Shown here one piece after another: positions 46,665 through 58,000 of a stretch of DNA of 64,000 nucleotides. Within the stretch, counting starts at the first letter, position 1; each line of letters starts with the position of its first letter. The stretch comes from Bacteroidia bacterium. GTDB taxonomy: Bacteria; Bacteroidota; Bacteroidia; M30B66. The notes beneath the pieces are model-generated. The model was not told where the DNA came from. It saw only the letters and a program-made list of their open reading frames with translations, and did not search any database. Location: contig OZ257142.1 of the NCBI GenBank assembly GCA_965279035.1, forward strand, positions 4,032,001 through 4,096,000. Direction: 5' to 3'. The translations under genes and the position numbers were made by a program.

Positions 46665-47723
46665 ATGACTAAAGCAGAAAAAATTGCCCAGTTCAATCCA
46701 AATGGTCCAGGCCAAATAGGTAGTAACTTGTTTGGTTTACCATTCAATCTTGAAGAATCTGATATTGTCATCGTTCCAGTCCCTTGGGAGGTTACTGTGA
46801 GCTATATGGGCGGAACTGCGCAAGGTCCAGAAGCCATTTTGAATGCCAGTTTACAAGTTGATTTATACGATCCCGATGCTCCTGAAGCGTGGAAATCGGG
46901 AATATTTCTATTAGAAGAAGATGATTCTATAAAAGAGGAAAGTGCTGTATTACGCGATCGTGCAGAAATTCACATTGATTCTCTTGCCAATGGTACATCA
47001 CAAGAACATGGTGATGAATTACTCTCAATTATCAGCTCTGCTTGCGAACAAATGAATGCTAAGGTGAAGTCCATTACTTCTGATTTACTTGATTCAGGTA
47101 AAATCGTTGGACTTCTAGGTGGCGATCATAGTACTCCTTTAGGTTTTATGCAGGCACTTGCTCAAAAACATCCTGAATTTGGTATCCTTCAAATTGATGC
47201 TCACATGGATTTACGAATCGCATACGAAGGCTTTACATACTCGCATGCATCTATCATGTATAATGCTCTAAAAATTCCACAAGTAAAAAAACTTGTTCAA
47301 GTGGGTATTCGTGATTTCTGTGAAGAAGAAATTCATGTCATGCAAAATCACAAAGACAAAGTCAAAACGTATTTTGATGATCAATTAAAATTCAACGCCT
47401 ATCAAGGAATTACATGGAAAGAACAAGTCACCGAAATCATTGCTCAACTTCCACACTATGTTTATGTTAGTTTTGATATTGATGGACTTGATCCTAAATT
47501 ATGTCCTAATACAGGAACTCCAGTTGCCGGAGGTTTAGAATATCATCAAGCAATCTATTTACTAAGCGAGCTATCAAAAAGTGGAAAGAAAATCATTGGG
47601 TTTGACCTAAATGAAGTTGCTCCAGGTGATGATGAATGGGATGCCAATGTTGGTGCTCGTTTACTCTTGAAACTCTGTGTTTTTACAGGAATTTCACAAG
47701 GACTTTTCTCTTCTGCACGTTAA
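46665..47723 (+). CDS. Agmatinase/ureohydrolase family protein
   Basis: GGDHS, DAHMD, SFDIDGLDP, TGTPV.GG. Confidence 0.9.
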   Translation: MTKAEKIAQFNPNGPGQIGSNLFGLPFNLEESDIVIVPVPWEVTVSYMGGTAQGPEAILNASLQVDLYDPDAPEAWKSGIFLLEEDDSIKEESAVLRDRAEIHIDSLANGTSQEHGDELLSIISSACEQMNAKVKSITSDLLDSGKIVGLLGGDHSTPLGFMQALAQKHPEFGILQIDAHMDLRIAYEGFTYSHASIMYNALKIPQVKKLVQVGIRDFCEEEIHVMQNHKDKVKTYFDDQLKFNAYQGITWKEQVTEIIAQLPHYVYVSFDIDGLDPKLCPNTGTPVAGGLEYHQAIYLLSELSKSGKKIIGFDLNEVAPGDDEWDANVGARLLLKLCVFTGISQGLFSSAR

Positions 47724-47724
47724 A

Positions 47725-48366
47725 TCAAGGTGCAATTCTGAATCGTTCCCAGATGTGGTTCTTAACTGAATAGCATATTCGATCATGCATCCGATTTTGT
47801 CGCCCTTGCCAAAATTCTACATAATCTGGCTCCAATTGATAACCTCCCCAATGTGGTGGACGAGGAACTTCGATCCCTTCAAATTGCTGAATAAATTTCC
47901 GTTCGTTTTCTTCCAATTCATCACGAGATAAAATACGTTTACTCTGTGGAGATGCCCATGCACCAATCTGACTACCACGTGGTCGAATTGCGAAATATTC
48001 ATCGGAAGTCTTGGCTGGAACCTTTGATAATTTTCCTTCAAATCGAATTTGCCGCTCAAGCTCGGGCCAGAAAAATGTGGCACATCCGTATTCATGCACC
48101 TGTATTTCTACCCCTTTACGACTTTCATAATTCGTATAAAATGTAATTCCATCATCCGTGATGTCTTTTAATAAGACGATTCTGGCCGATGGTCTACCTG
48201 ATTCGTTTACCGTTGCAACCATCATGGCGTTGGGTTCAATCAATTTTACATCAAGTGCTTCATTAAACCAATTTCGAAATTGATCTATTGGGTTAATGGC
48301 CGTTTTCGACTCATCTAAGGCTTCTTTGATGTATTCTTTTCGAAGTTCTTTAATCCGGTCTTGCAT
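47725..48366 (-). CDS. pdxH: Pyridoxamine 5'-phosphate oxidase
   Basis: PSARIVLLK, FYTNYESRKG, SQIGAWAS, EFWQGR..RMHDR. Start MQDRI at 48366 (ORF track 48429). Confidence 0.95.
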   Translation of the reverse strand: MQDRIKELRKEYIKEALDESKTAINPIDQFRNWFNEALDVKLIEPNAMMVATVNESGRPSARIVLLKDITDDGITFYTNYESRKGVEIQVHEYGCATFFWPELERQIRFEGKLSKVPAKTSDEYFAIRPRGSQIGAWASPQSKRILSRDELEENERKFIQQFEGIEVPRPPHWGGYQLEPDYVEFWQGRQNRMHDRICYSVKNHIWERFRIAP

Positions 48367-48553
48367 ACGAATCCTATTATTTCTGCGAATTTGATGATTT
48401 TGTCCTAAATGGAAACTGATCGATATCATCTAATCTAATCCCATTCAAAAAACGGATATTTTCTGACAAGCAACATAATATGTTCCCGAATGTTGAAGGG
48501 GCATTCAGTAACTTTTATTCTTCATCATCGTTTCATCCTATAAAATCAATCCC

Positions 48554-49114
48554 ATGAAAATGAATCTGCTCCCTCCTGATAAAGGCAGAATTCTGCTCTC
48601 AGAGCCTTTTCTGCATGATTCCTTCTTTAAAAGAGCGGTTATTTTATTGGCCGAAAACTCAGAAAAAGGTTCAATGGGTTTTATCTTAAATAAACCTGTT
48701 GGCTATCAAATACACGAACTCATTAGTGAATTTCCCGAATTTGAAAGTCCTGTTTATTTTGGAGGACCTGTAGAAAGCAACTCGCTATTCTTTATCCATA
48801 CTATCCCACATTTGATCGATAGTGCTTTTGAAATTGGTGATGGAATTCATTATGGTGGTAGTTATGAAAAACTAAAAAACATGGCTGCCCTTGGCATGAT
48901 TCAACCGGATCAGGTTCGCTTTTTCGCTGGATATTCTGGTTGGGAAACAGGCCAACTTGATTTTGAAATGGAAGAAGATTCGTGGTTAGTTTTTGAACGA
49001 CCTAAAACTTTACTCAATATGCGTCCCGAATCACTTTGGAGCGAGTTGTTGAAACAAAGTCATAGTGAAATGGCTATCTGGTCAAATTACCCCGAAGATC
49101 CAACATTGAATTAA
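48554..49114 (+). CDS. YqgE/AlgH family protein
   Basis: GFILNKP, YFGGPVE, RFFAGYSGW..GQL..E, DPTLN. Confidence 0.92.
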   Translation: MKMNLLPPDKGRILLSEPFLHDSFFKRAVILLAENSEKGSMGFILNKPVGYQIHELISEFPEFESPVYFGGPVESNSLFFIHTIPHLIDSAFEIGDGIHYGGSYEKLKNMAALGMIQPDQVRFFAGYSGWETGQLDFEMEEDSWLVFERPKTLLNMRPESLWSELLKQSHSEMAIWSNYPEDPTLN

Positions 49115-49116
49115 TT

Positions 49117-49959
49117 TCAAACAGCAACGCGCGAATTCAACGCTTCGACTACACTTCGTGAAAACGCACTAAAATATCGTCTTTCCCTGAATCCAATTAC
49201 CCAACGAATTCCTTGAATTGTATTACATAGAAATACTTCTTCTGCAATATAAAAATCCTCTGTTAATAAAATTGCCTCCTCTACCTGATAGTTGTTTTCA
49301 CGAAACCAACGAATCAGGTTTTTTCGCATGATGCCAGGAAGAATTCCTTCTGCAACAGGCGGTGTAAGTATCCTTTTATCGGGCAGAATTAAAAATAAAT
49401 TCGAAGAAGTTGCTTCACAAATTCTACCATATTCATTCAACAAAATGGAATCATCCCAACCATTGTCGCGCGCGTAACGAGCAGCCAATACATATAAAAG
49501 TGCATTGGAAGATTTTATGCCCGACAAACTATTGACAGGTTTTCTGATTTCGGAATACAAACCCAAACGAAGTCCTTTTTCATTGATCGTATATATAGGA
49601 TTTTCTAATGGATCTGCCGAAATGATATAACTACATAAATCGGTTGATGGTCGATAATTTCCTCCTTCATTTCGGAATAATGCGATGCGGATTCGAGCAC
49701 TTGTTAATTCCATGCGCGAACAAAGTTCAAGCATCTCGTTACACAACTGAATTGGATTTAAGAAGGTAGTATCTAAACCCAGCGTGTACATTCCACTCAC
49801 CATTCGTTCAAAGTGATCGTCAACAAAAAATAGTTGGCCAGCTTGCATACGAATACTTTCGAAAATGCCATCACCATATCGAAAGCTTCGATTTGACGAA
49901 CCCATTTTCCATTCATTTTCGGGTAAAAAAGTACCGTTAAAACAAATCAGTTTATTCAT
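49117..49959 (-). CDS. Aminotransferase class IV (PabC/IlvE-like)
   Basis: NRSFRYGDGIFES, IKS PLP lysine, EATSSNLF, GILPGIMR. Start 49959 or 49971. Confidence 0.88.
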   Translation of the reverse strand: MNKLICFNGTFLPENEWKMGSSNRSFRYGDGIFESIRMQAGQLFFVDDHFERMVSGMYTLGLDTTFLNPIQLCNEMLELCSRMELTSARIRIALFRNEGGNYRPSTDLCSYIISADPLENPIYTINEKGLRLGLYSEIRKPVNSLSGIKSSNALLYVLAARYARDNGWDDSILLNEYGRICEATSSNLFLILPDKRILTPPVAEGILPGIMRKNLIRWFRENNYQVEEAILLTEDFYIAEEVFLCNTIQGIRWVIGFRERRYFSAFSRSVVEALNSRVAV

Positions 49960-50441
49960 GATTCTAGGCATTCTAGTAATTGTTCTAATGTAGGATTGGG
50001 AGGTACTAAAAAGCCTCTTACTCCAGCACCATGAGCGGCATCAACATCTCGTTGCTTATCTCCAATCATGAGACATTTTTCTGGATCGAGTTCAAATCGA
50101 GCAATTGCTTTTTCGAGAAGCAAGCTTTTGGGTTTACGACACAAACATTCTCCAAAATCAGGATGATGCGGACAATAATATATTTCATCGATAGCAAGTC
50201 CATGCCCTTCTAATTCTTCTTTCAAAAAAGCATGACAGGCATCTACAAGCCGATGATCATAAAGCCCTTTAGCAATTCCGGCTTGGTTTGTAATGATGAT
50301 AACCTTGTAACCCAAACGTTTCACTTCGTATAAAAAAGGAATAAGCTCAGGAAGAACTTCAAACTCTTCGTATCGAAGAATATAGTCGCCAAGTTCTTTG
50401 TTAACGACTCCATCGCGATCTAAAAAAACGGCTTTGTTCAT
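49956..50441 (-). CDS. HAD-IIIA phosphatase, GmhB/histidinol-phosphatase-like
   Basis: FLDRDGVVN, TNQAGI, CPHHP..C.CRKP, MIGDKQRD. Confidence 0.9.
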   Translation of the reverse strand: MNKAVFLDRDGVVNKELGDYILRYEEFEVLPELIPFLYEVKRLGYKVIIITNQAGIAKGLYDHRLVDACHAFLKEELEGHGLAIDEIYYCPHHPDFGECLCRKPKSLLLEKAIARFELDPEKCLMIGDKQRDVDAAHGAGVRGFLVPPNPTLEQLLECLES

Positions 50442-51061
50442 CGTTGAAAAAATTCTGCTATCTGACTAATAAAATTACGCGCTATATCAGGACTCAAAAT
50501 AAGTGTGAACAACAATCCATAAAATCCTCCCCATAAATGTGCGTCATGATTTATGTTGTCGTTTGCTCTATTTCCCATATACATGCTATATCCAACGTAA
50601 ATCGCAGCCCACAAAATAGCAGGCAAAGGCAAAATACCATACAGGTAAATTTTCATAAACGGTCCAAAAACAATACTTGAAAACATCACTGCCGAAACTG
50701 CACCTGATGCACCAACTGCATTGTACCAATGATCTTCTTTGTGTTTGCGGTAAGTGCTAATGGAAGAAATGATGATTGCTCCAAAATAAAGTAGTAGATA
50801 AATCAAAGGCGCTAGTTCTCCAAAATGAAATGCTAGGTTGTTTTCTACAAATTGTCCAAATGAATAAAGGACAAGCATATTGACAATCAAATGCATCCAA
50901 TCGGCATGTAAAAATGCATGAGTAATAAACCGATACCACTGATTGCGGTGGTTGATCATATATGCATTGAACTGATAGCGAGCCATCAACTCTGTTTTAT
51001 TAAATGCAATAATGGATACTACAGCAGTAATGGCAATAATGGGTAGGGTAAGGAAAACCAT
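50438..51061 (-). CDS. Rhomboid family intramembrane serine protease
   Basis: YRFITHAFLHADWMHL..NM, GASGA, HDAHLWG. Confidence 0.93.
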   Translation of the reverse strand: MVFLTLPIIAITAVVSIIAFNKTELMARYQFNAYMINHRNQWYRFITHAFLHADWMHLIVNMLVLYSFGQFVENNLAFHFGELAPLIYLLLYFGAIIISSISTYRKHKEDHWYNAVGASGAVSAVMFSSIVFGPFMKIYLYGILPLPAILWAAIYVGYSMYMGNRANDNINHDAHLWGGFYGLLFTLILSPDIARNFISQIAEFFQR

Positions 51062-51136
51062 GCTGCAAAGATAGACAGCTCAGGAAGGCATTTCTGGAAA
51101 AAAAACAGGGAAAATGAAAATTCTCTTTATGTTATC

Positions 51137-52135
51137 TTAAGGCTTTACACCTAAACGTAATAGTCCCGAACGTGCATCTTCATAGCGAGGATCTAATGTT
51201 AAAGTTTTACGGAAATCTGAAATAGCGGCTTCTTTTTTCCCTAATTTTTCATTGCAAACTGCTTGCATATATACAGCTGCAGGATAGTTCCCATTGGCGT
51301 TTGCTGCTTTTTCAAACAAAGGAAGTGCTTGTTTATAGTCCTTTTTAAATTCAAATAATATGAATCCCATATTGTAATAGCCATTTGCAAAAGATTTATC
51401 AATCGTAATCAACTCTTGATAGGTTTCCATGGCTTTATCTATTTGCTCGGATTCTTGGTAGAACATTCCAAGATTATAGCGTGTTAATGAGTTTTTAGGA
51501 TCCAAACGAAGAGCAGATTGGTAATAATCAATAGCCCTTGGATTCCCTGCACTCGCGTAAATGAGTCCAATTTGTTCAAATGCCAACACATTTTTTGGAT
51601 CTTGTTCAATGGTGGTCATAAAACTAGAAACTGCTAAACTCGTATCGCCCGATTCTTTATAAATAACTCCTTTGAGGTAATATGCTTTGGGATTGTTTAT
51701 TTCGAGTTTTAAAACTTCATTTATTTCGTTGATCGCTTCTTGGCGCATTTCTACATAGAGAAACAGTTCTGCCAATTTCATATGAGCGTCTTTGTTGTTT
51801 TTATCGAGTCGAATGGCTTTTTCGAGTGCTTGTCGCGTGTATCGCGTCTGATTTATCATCAAGTAAATATCACCCAACGTAACAAAGTATGCAGAAACAG
51901 AGGAATCGCGCAGAATCGCTTTTCTCATATCGACTAAAGCAGAATCCGGACGATTGCGTGTGATGTATATGCGAGCTCGAGCGTGAAGTGCTTCTGGATT
52001 GCTTGAATCTTTTGCCAAAGCAGCTTCTATACCCGCAGGAGTAGATAAGTCGGTTGTTGCTCCACCTCCACAGGATGACAGGGAAATGATCGAAATAAAA
52101 ACTAAAAAGATTGGAAGTAATATGCGTGACTTCAT
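51137..52135 (-). CDS. Tetratricopeptide repeat lipoprotein
   Basis: Lipobox LSSC; multiple TPR units (AY..LG..Y...A...F..AI.LD). Confidence 0.88.
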   Translation of the reverse strand: MKSRILLPIFLVFISIISLSSCGGGATTDLSTPAGIEAALAKDSSNPEALHARARIYITRNRPDSALVDMRKAILRDSSVSAYFVTLGDIYLMINQTRYTRQALEKAIRLDKNNKDAHMKLAELFLYVEMRQEAINEINEVLKLEINNPKAYYLKGVIYKESGDTSLAVSSFMTTIEQDPKNVLAFEQIGLIYASAGNPRAIDYYQSALRLDPKNSLTRYNLGMFYQESEQIDKAMETYQELITIDKSFANGYYNMGFILFEFKKDYKQALPLFEKAANANGNYPAAVYMQAVCNEKLGKKEAAISDFRKTLTLDPRYEDARSGLLRLGVKP

Positions 52136-52193
52136 GACACAAAGAAACAGAAAGAACCGCCTTAAAGAAGGAACATTTTTAAGATGATCTCAT

Positions 52194-52227
52194 AAAAAAA
52201 CCCGTTAGCTTCGAACTAACGGGTTTT
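52194..52227 (-). terminator. Intrinsic terminator after recA
   Basis: AAAAAAACCCGTTAG..CTAACGGGTTTT. Confidence 0.82.
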
Positions 52228-52245
52228 AAAGAGATTCAAATTGAA

Positions 52246-53256
52246 CTAAACTGCAACTGGACCCGCAATAGCTTCGCGGATACGGCTTTCAATTTCTTCC
52301 ATCAATTCAGGATTATCACCTAAAATGGTTTTAACGGCATCACGCCCTTGACCTAATTTAGTGTCTTCATAGCTAAACCAAGAACCACTTTTCTTAATGA
52401 TGTTGTTGTCAACACCCAAATCGATCACTTCACCAACACGAGAAATTCCTTCTCCATATATGATGTCGAATTCAGCCGTACGGAATGGTGGAGCCACCTT
52501 ATTCTTTACAACTTTAACGCGGGTACGATTTCCAACGACAGCTTCTCCGTCTTTAATCTGACCAATTCGACGGATATCTAGTCGGATGGATGCATAAAAC
52601 TTCAAGGCATTACCACCTGTTGTTGTTTCAGGATTCCCGAACATAACACCAATCTTTTCACGTAACTGATTGATAAAGATGCAAGTACTACCAGTACGAG
52701 AGATGTTTGCAGTCAATTTCCGAAGAGCTTGTGACATCAAACGGGCTTGAAGTCCCATTTTGGAATCTCCCATTTCCCCCTCGATTTCGCTTTTAGGAGT
52801 AAGAGCAGCAACGGAGTCAATCACAATAATATCAATAGCACCCGAACGAATAAGGTTGTCGGCAATTTCCAATGCTTGCTCACCATTATCTGGTTGAGAG
52901 ATTAAAAGATTCTCTACATCCACACCCAATTTCTCTGCATAATAACGATCAAATGCATGTTCCGCATCGATGATAGCAGCTATTCCTCCAGCTTTCTGAG
53001 ATTGAGCAATAGCGTGGATTGCAAGTGTTGTTTTACCGGAAGATTCCGGACCGTAAATCTCAATGATTCTTCCTTTAGGGAAACCTTGAACACCTAATGC
53101 AAGATCCAAGGAAATTGAACCTGTATGGATGACTTCCATGGCTTCGATAGGAGAATCTCCCATCTTCATTATAGTGCCTTTCCCGTAGGTTTTATCAATT
53201 TTATCAATGATTACCTGTAAGGCTTTTAGTTTATCAGATTGAATGTCTTTGCTCAT
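52246..53256 (-). CDS. recA: Recombinase RecA
   Basis: [40 protein letters not shown]. Confidence 0.99.
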   Translation of the reverse strand: MSKDIQSDKLKALQVIIDKIDKTYGKGTIMKMGDSPIEAMEVIHTGSISLDLALGVQGFPKGRIIEIYGPESSGKTTLAIHAIAQSQKAGGIAAIIDAEHAFDRYYAEKLGVDVENLLISQPDNGEQALEIADNLIRSGAIDIIVIDSVAALTPKSEIEGEMGDSKMGLQARLMSQALRKLTANISRTGSTCIFINQLREKIGVMFGNPETTTGGNALKFYASIRLDIRRIGQIKDGEAVVGNRTRVKVVKNKVAPPFRTAEFDIIYGEGISRVGEVIDLGVDNNIIKKSGSWFSYEDTKLGQGRDAVKTILGDNPELMEEIESRIREAIAGPVAV

Positions 53257-53392
53257 GTGAACTGATTTGACGGTTAGTTTGCCACAAAATACGTCAAAAG
53301 AGAGACGCGCTCCTGCATTTTTTTAAAATATTTCCTCAAATGTTATGAGCAATGCTGTTGAAAAACTCTCCAATCCCTATTATATCAAGGCT

Positions 53393-53842
53393 TTAAAGAA
53401 TTTGAGATGCGTGATTTTTTGTATCAACTTTATCGATCACTTTGCCAAGAGTTCCGTCAGCTTCTATGACAAACGTTGTTCGATTCACTCCCATGTACTC
53501 TTTTCCCATGAATTTTTTCAGTCCCCAAACACCATATGCTTCCGCAACTTTTTTATCGGTATCGGCAATCAAACGAAATGGTAAATTGTATTTTTCGATG
53601 AACTTCAGGTGTTTTTTTCCATCATCAGGACTAACACCAATCACATCAAAACCTTGAGAAAGGAGTGAATCGTAATTATCTCTTAAGTTACATGCTTCGG
53701 CAGTGCAGCCTGGAGTATCATCTTTGGGATAAAAATAAAGAATGACTTTTTTCCCTTTATAATCATTCAGAGAAACTGAATTTCCATGTTGGTCATTTGC
53801 TTGAATTGCGGGAGCTATATCTCCTACTTTTAATGATGTCAT
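53393..53842 (-). CDS. bcp: Thioredoxin-dependent thiol peroxidase Bcp
   Basis: YFYPKDDTPGCTAEAC, GVSPD, RTTFVI. Confidence 0.95.
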   Translation of the reverse strand: MTSLKVGDIAPAIQANDQHGNSVSLNDYKGKKVILYFYPKDDTPGCTAEACNLRDNYDSLLSQGFDVIGVSPDDGKKHLKFIEKYNLPFRLIADTDKKVAEAYGVWGLKKFMGKEYMGVNRTTFVIEADGTLGKVIDKVDTKNHASQIL

Positions 53843-53852
53843 ATACGTTTTC

Positions 53853-54566
53853 TTATTTGGGAGGATTAAACAGGCTTTTCCTTTTTTTGTTTAGCGTTTT
53901 TTCAGCGATCGGCTTTAACAATACCGATTTTTGATTCTTTTTAAAAAATATGCAAATCGAAGTTAAACCACATTCGGTGCATTTCGGATTTCGCGCCAAA
54001 CAGATATAACGGCCATGCAGAATAAGCCAATGATGTGCTTTGGGAATGATAGCATCGGGTAAATAGCTTACTAATTGCTTTTCAGCTTGAGTCGGATTTT
54101 TCGCCCCTTTTGTCAAACCTAATCGAGCCGAGACCCTAAAAACATGGGTATCTACGGCCATTGCAGGCAAATTAAACACGACTGATGCTATCACATTGGC
54201 TGTTTTTCGCCCAACACCGGGGAGTTTCACGAGTTCGTTGACATCCGAAGGAACTTGATTTTTAAATTCTCCAGAAAGCATTTTTGCCATGCCTACTAGA
54301 TGTTTCGCTTTGTTATTGGGATAGGAAATAGATCGTATGTAAGAAAAAACTTCATCTGATGATGATTCAGCCAGTGTTTCAGCATCCGGATAGCGTTCAA
54401 AAAACTTAGGTGTTGTGAGATTCACCCGTTTATCGGTACACTGAGCCGAAAGTATTACCGCAACAAGCAATTCATAGGGATTTCCATATACAAGTTCCGT
54501 CTCTGCTTGTGGGCGATGTTCGGAAAAATAATCAATGACATATTGAAAGCGTTCGGGTTGAGTCAT
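53853..54566 (-). CDS. nth: Endonuclease III
   Basis: VILSAQCTD, HhH LPGVGRKTANV, VDTHV, CLARNPKCTECGLTSIC Fe-S cluster motif; start 54566. Confidence 0.96.
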   Translation of the reverse strand: MTQPERFQYVIDYFSEHRPQAETELVYGNPYELLVAVILSAQCTDKRVNLTTPKFFERYPDAETLAESSSDEVFSYIRSISYPNNKAKHLVGMAKMLSGEFKNQVPSDVNELVKLPGVGRKTANVIASVVFNLPAMAVDTHVFRVSARLGLTKGAKNPTQAEKQLVSYLPDAIIPKAHHWLILHGRYICLARNPKCTECGLTSICIFFKKNQKSVLLKPIAEKTLNKKRKSLFNPPK

Positions 54567-54580
54567 ACAGCAAAAAAACA

Positions 54581-54612
54581 AAAATCCCGGCAGGACTTAA
54601 CCAACCGGGATT
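54581..54612 (-). terminator. Probable terminator after the 89-aa hypothetical gene
   Basis: AATCCCGG...CCGGGATT stem preceded on + by an A-tract. Confidence 0.55.
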
Positions 54613-54630
54613 CACTGAAATGAAACCAAA

Positions 54631-54900
54631 CTAATTGAACACCACTTCCAGCGACATATTTCTGGAAGGTATTTTAGTGATTTGCAAAGCTGCAGAATAG
54701 GATAATATTGATTGAATAACACCAGCCTGAGGTTGTTCTACTGAATCATCAAGAAGTGATTGTGTGAATTGAATCATTTCAAGCTCTTCACTCATTTCGG
54801 GACAATCAACTAATTCTGCACTAAAATCGGCCGCTTCCTCTGGTTGCATTTCATTGTAAGCGAAGCGGATAATGTCTTTCGATGTAAAAAGTTTATGCAT
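54631..54900 (-). CDS. Small acidic hypothetical protein, anti-sigma-like N-terminus
   Basis: FT..DIIRFAYNE....E...L and P...VIQSILSYS helices. Confidence 0.65.
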   Translation of the reverse strand: MHKLFTSKDIIRFAYNEMQPEEAADFSAELVDCPEMSEELEMIQFTQSLLDDSVEQPQAGVIQSILSYSAALQITKIPSRNMSLEVVFN

Positions 54901-55066
54901 AGGCTGTTTTAAGAATCGAGATAAAAACGAGATGTGATTTAGTTTATTGTAAACGATTTCTAAAATATCTCATTAATCTTCTCTGAGGGCTGATATACAT
55001 GTAAGTACGAATGAATAAAAGGTTGACTGAGAAATTGCAATCTTTCTAACTTGCAGTCCTATCTCC

Positions 55067-58000
55067 ATGAAGAAATTATCAGCATACCTCATATTTCAAT
55101 TGCTTCTCCTCCTGATTCTTGCTCCGGCATCTCAGGCTCAAACACAGCAATTAACTTTTGAAAGAGTTCCTAGTCAGAAGTGGCTTTACCAACGGAATAT
55201 CACATGCCTAACTCAGGATCGTGATGGGTATCTGTGGTTTGGAACTAACAATGGTTTGTATCGCTTTGATGGTTATTCGGTGACTGAATATCGGCATGAT
55301 GCACACAATACAAATAGCCTCACACACAACAATGTTAATTGTATTTATGCTGATAAAAGTGGTGTTCTCTGGGTTGGAACTTGGGGAGGTTTAACTCGCA
55401 TCGATCCAATTAGCTTATCCTTTACTCGCTATAAGCATGATCCTCGGAACTTTAAAACCTTATCTAATAATGACGTTCGGGCAATTGAAGAAGATCCTAC
55501 TGGCAATTTGTGGATTGGAACTTTTGGAGGTGGTGTAAATCGTTTTAATAAATTGAGTGGTGAATTTTCGGTTTACCAGTATTCTTCCCGAAACGCAAGT
55601 AGCATTTCAAGTAATTATATCAATGTTATTACTCGCGATCGAAATGGAGATTTATGGATAGGAACGCGTCGAGGAATCAATAAACTTGAACCAGAAAATG
55701 CACGTTTCACTTCCTTTCAAAGCTTAGAGCCAACTGCTGGAGATCAACAATGGGCAAATGTTTCAAGTATTTTAGAAGATAGTAAAGGACTTATTTGGTT
55801 TGGAACATTTGGTGGTGGACTGATTCAACTCGATCGAAGAAGTGGCAAAATGCTCAATTATCAGCATGATGCTAAAAATCCAAAGTCATTAAGCAATAAT
55901 ACGGTTAACGATTTAACCGAAGAAGACGGAGGGAATATTTGGATTGCTACTTCCGAAGGAATTAATATTCTAAATCCTGTTTCAGGAGAGATGCAATTGA
56001 TTCAAAACAACCCTGATAATCCAACGAGTTTATTGAATAATGATGTTCACCGTTTGTACCGCGATCGTGCTGGTGTGATCTCTATCATTACTGCCGAAGG
56101 AATTAACATCTATAGTAAACTAAGCGGTCGTTTCAGGAAGTTTCAAAAAAACCCAAATGAGTCGCAAAGTTTATCGAGTAATGCCATCAATTGTTTTGTC
56201 GAAAGTAGTGATGGATCAATTTGGATTGGAACTCGAGATGGGTTAAATCGTTTTGATCGTTTGAGTCGCAGTTTTCAAACTTATCAAATGGAACCTTCTG
56301 AAAAAGGTGAATTAGTAAGTAATGAAATTAAATCAATGCTTATTGATCAAAAAGGTCGCTTCTGGATTGGTACTGTAAATGGCTTGAATTTATTCGATCC
56401 TAGAACTTCTAAAGTGAAAGTTTACCGATACGATCGATTTAATCCCAATAGTTTAAATAATGAAATCCACACATTAACAGAAACTCGTAATGGTGTTTTA
56501 TGGGCTGGTATAAGAAAAGGCTTGGTTCAATTTGATCCCGATTCTGGATCTTTTACTTTATTCCGTCCAGATCCAACTGTTTCTGAAAACCAGATAACAA
56601 ATAGTGTGTATTCCATTTTAGAAGATCGCTATGGGAAATTTTGGGTTGGAACCTTGGGTGGTGGTTTAAGTGAATTTGATCGAAAAACCAATAAATTCAA
56701 ACCATTCCGTAATAACCCCAATGATTCATTAAGCCTTTCGCACAATTCAGTGATATCGCTTCATGAAGATCAATTTGGATTTTTCTGGGTAGGTACATTT
56801 GGTGGTGGATTGAATAGAATGGATCGTAAAACAGGGAAATTCATCAATTATACTGCGCAAAGCGGCTTGCCCGATGATATGATTTACAGCATCCTCGAAG
56901 ATGCAAAAGGAAATTTATGGATGAGCACCAATACCGGTTTGGTGAAATTCGACACGAAATCAAAGACTTTCCGAAACTACGATGCCTTGGATGGTCTTCA
57001 AAGTAATGAATTCAGCATTGGCGCTGCTTTACATTCGAGAGAAGGTGAATTAATTTTTGGAGGAATAGCTGGTTTTAATTTGTTTTATCCTGATAGCATC
57101 ATTGAGAATAATTACATCCCTCCTACTGTTATTACTGGATTTAAAGTTCTAAATAAGCCTTTTATTTTATCGGGAGAACAAGTAAAACTTGAGTATAATC
57201 AGAACTTCTTCACGTTTGAATTTTCATCCTTGAGTTATGCTTTAAGCGATAAAAATCAGTTTGCATACAAGCTTGATGGATTTGATGAAGATTGGATTTA
57301 TTGCGGATCTCGTCGATTTGCTTCCTATTCTAATCTCGATCCGGGCGAATATATTTTCCATGTTAAAAGTTCGAATAGCGATGGTCTGTGGAATGAAAAA
57401 GGAACAACAGTAACACTCATCATAGCTCGTCCTTTTTGGCGTACATGGTGGTTTGTTTTGATTGGAGTTATTTTAGGAACGGGAGTTCTTTATGTTGGGT
57501 TCAGATTAAGAACACGAAGCATCAATAATCGAAATCAATTACTTGAGGAAAAAGTTCGTCAACGTACAGCTGAACTCGAAAAAGCAACCGAAGAAGCTAA
57601 AGCAGCTAAAGAAGCAGCCGAAAAAGCAAGTAGATCTAAATCTGGATTTCTTGCGAACATGAGCCATGAAATTCGAACGCCACTCAATGGAATTTTAGGT
57701 TTTACCGATTTATTAATTCGGAATAATAAAAATGTTGAAGACACGAAATACTTAGAACTTATTCGTTCTTCGGGTGATACGCTCTTGAATTTATTGAGTG
57801 ATATCTTAGACTTAAACAAAATTGAGCAAGGAAAACTAACGATAGAAAACATTCGATTTAATTTTATCGAAACCATTAAACAAACACTCATTCCGTATCA
57901 ATACAGAGCGAATGAAAAAGGTTTGCAATTCATGATGAGTTTTGATACACGGATTCCTGAAAATATTCAAGGAGATCCAACTCGAATAAAACAACTCGTA

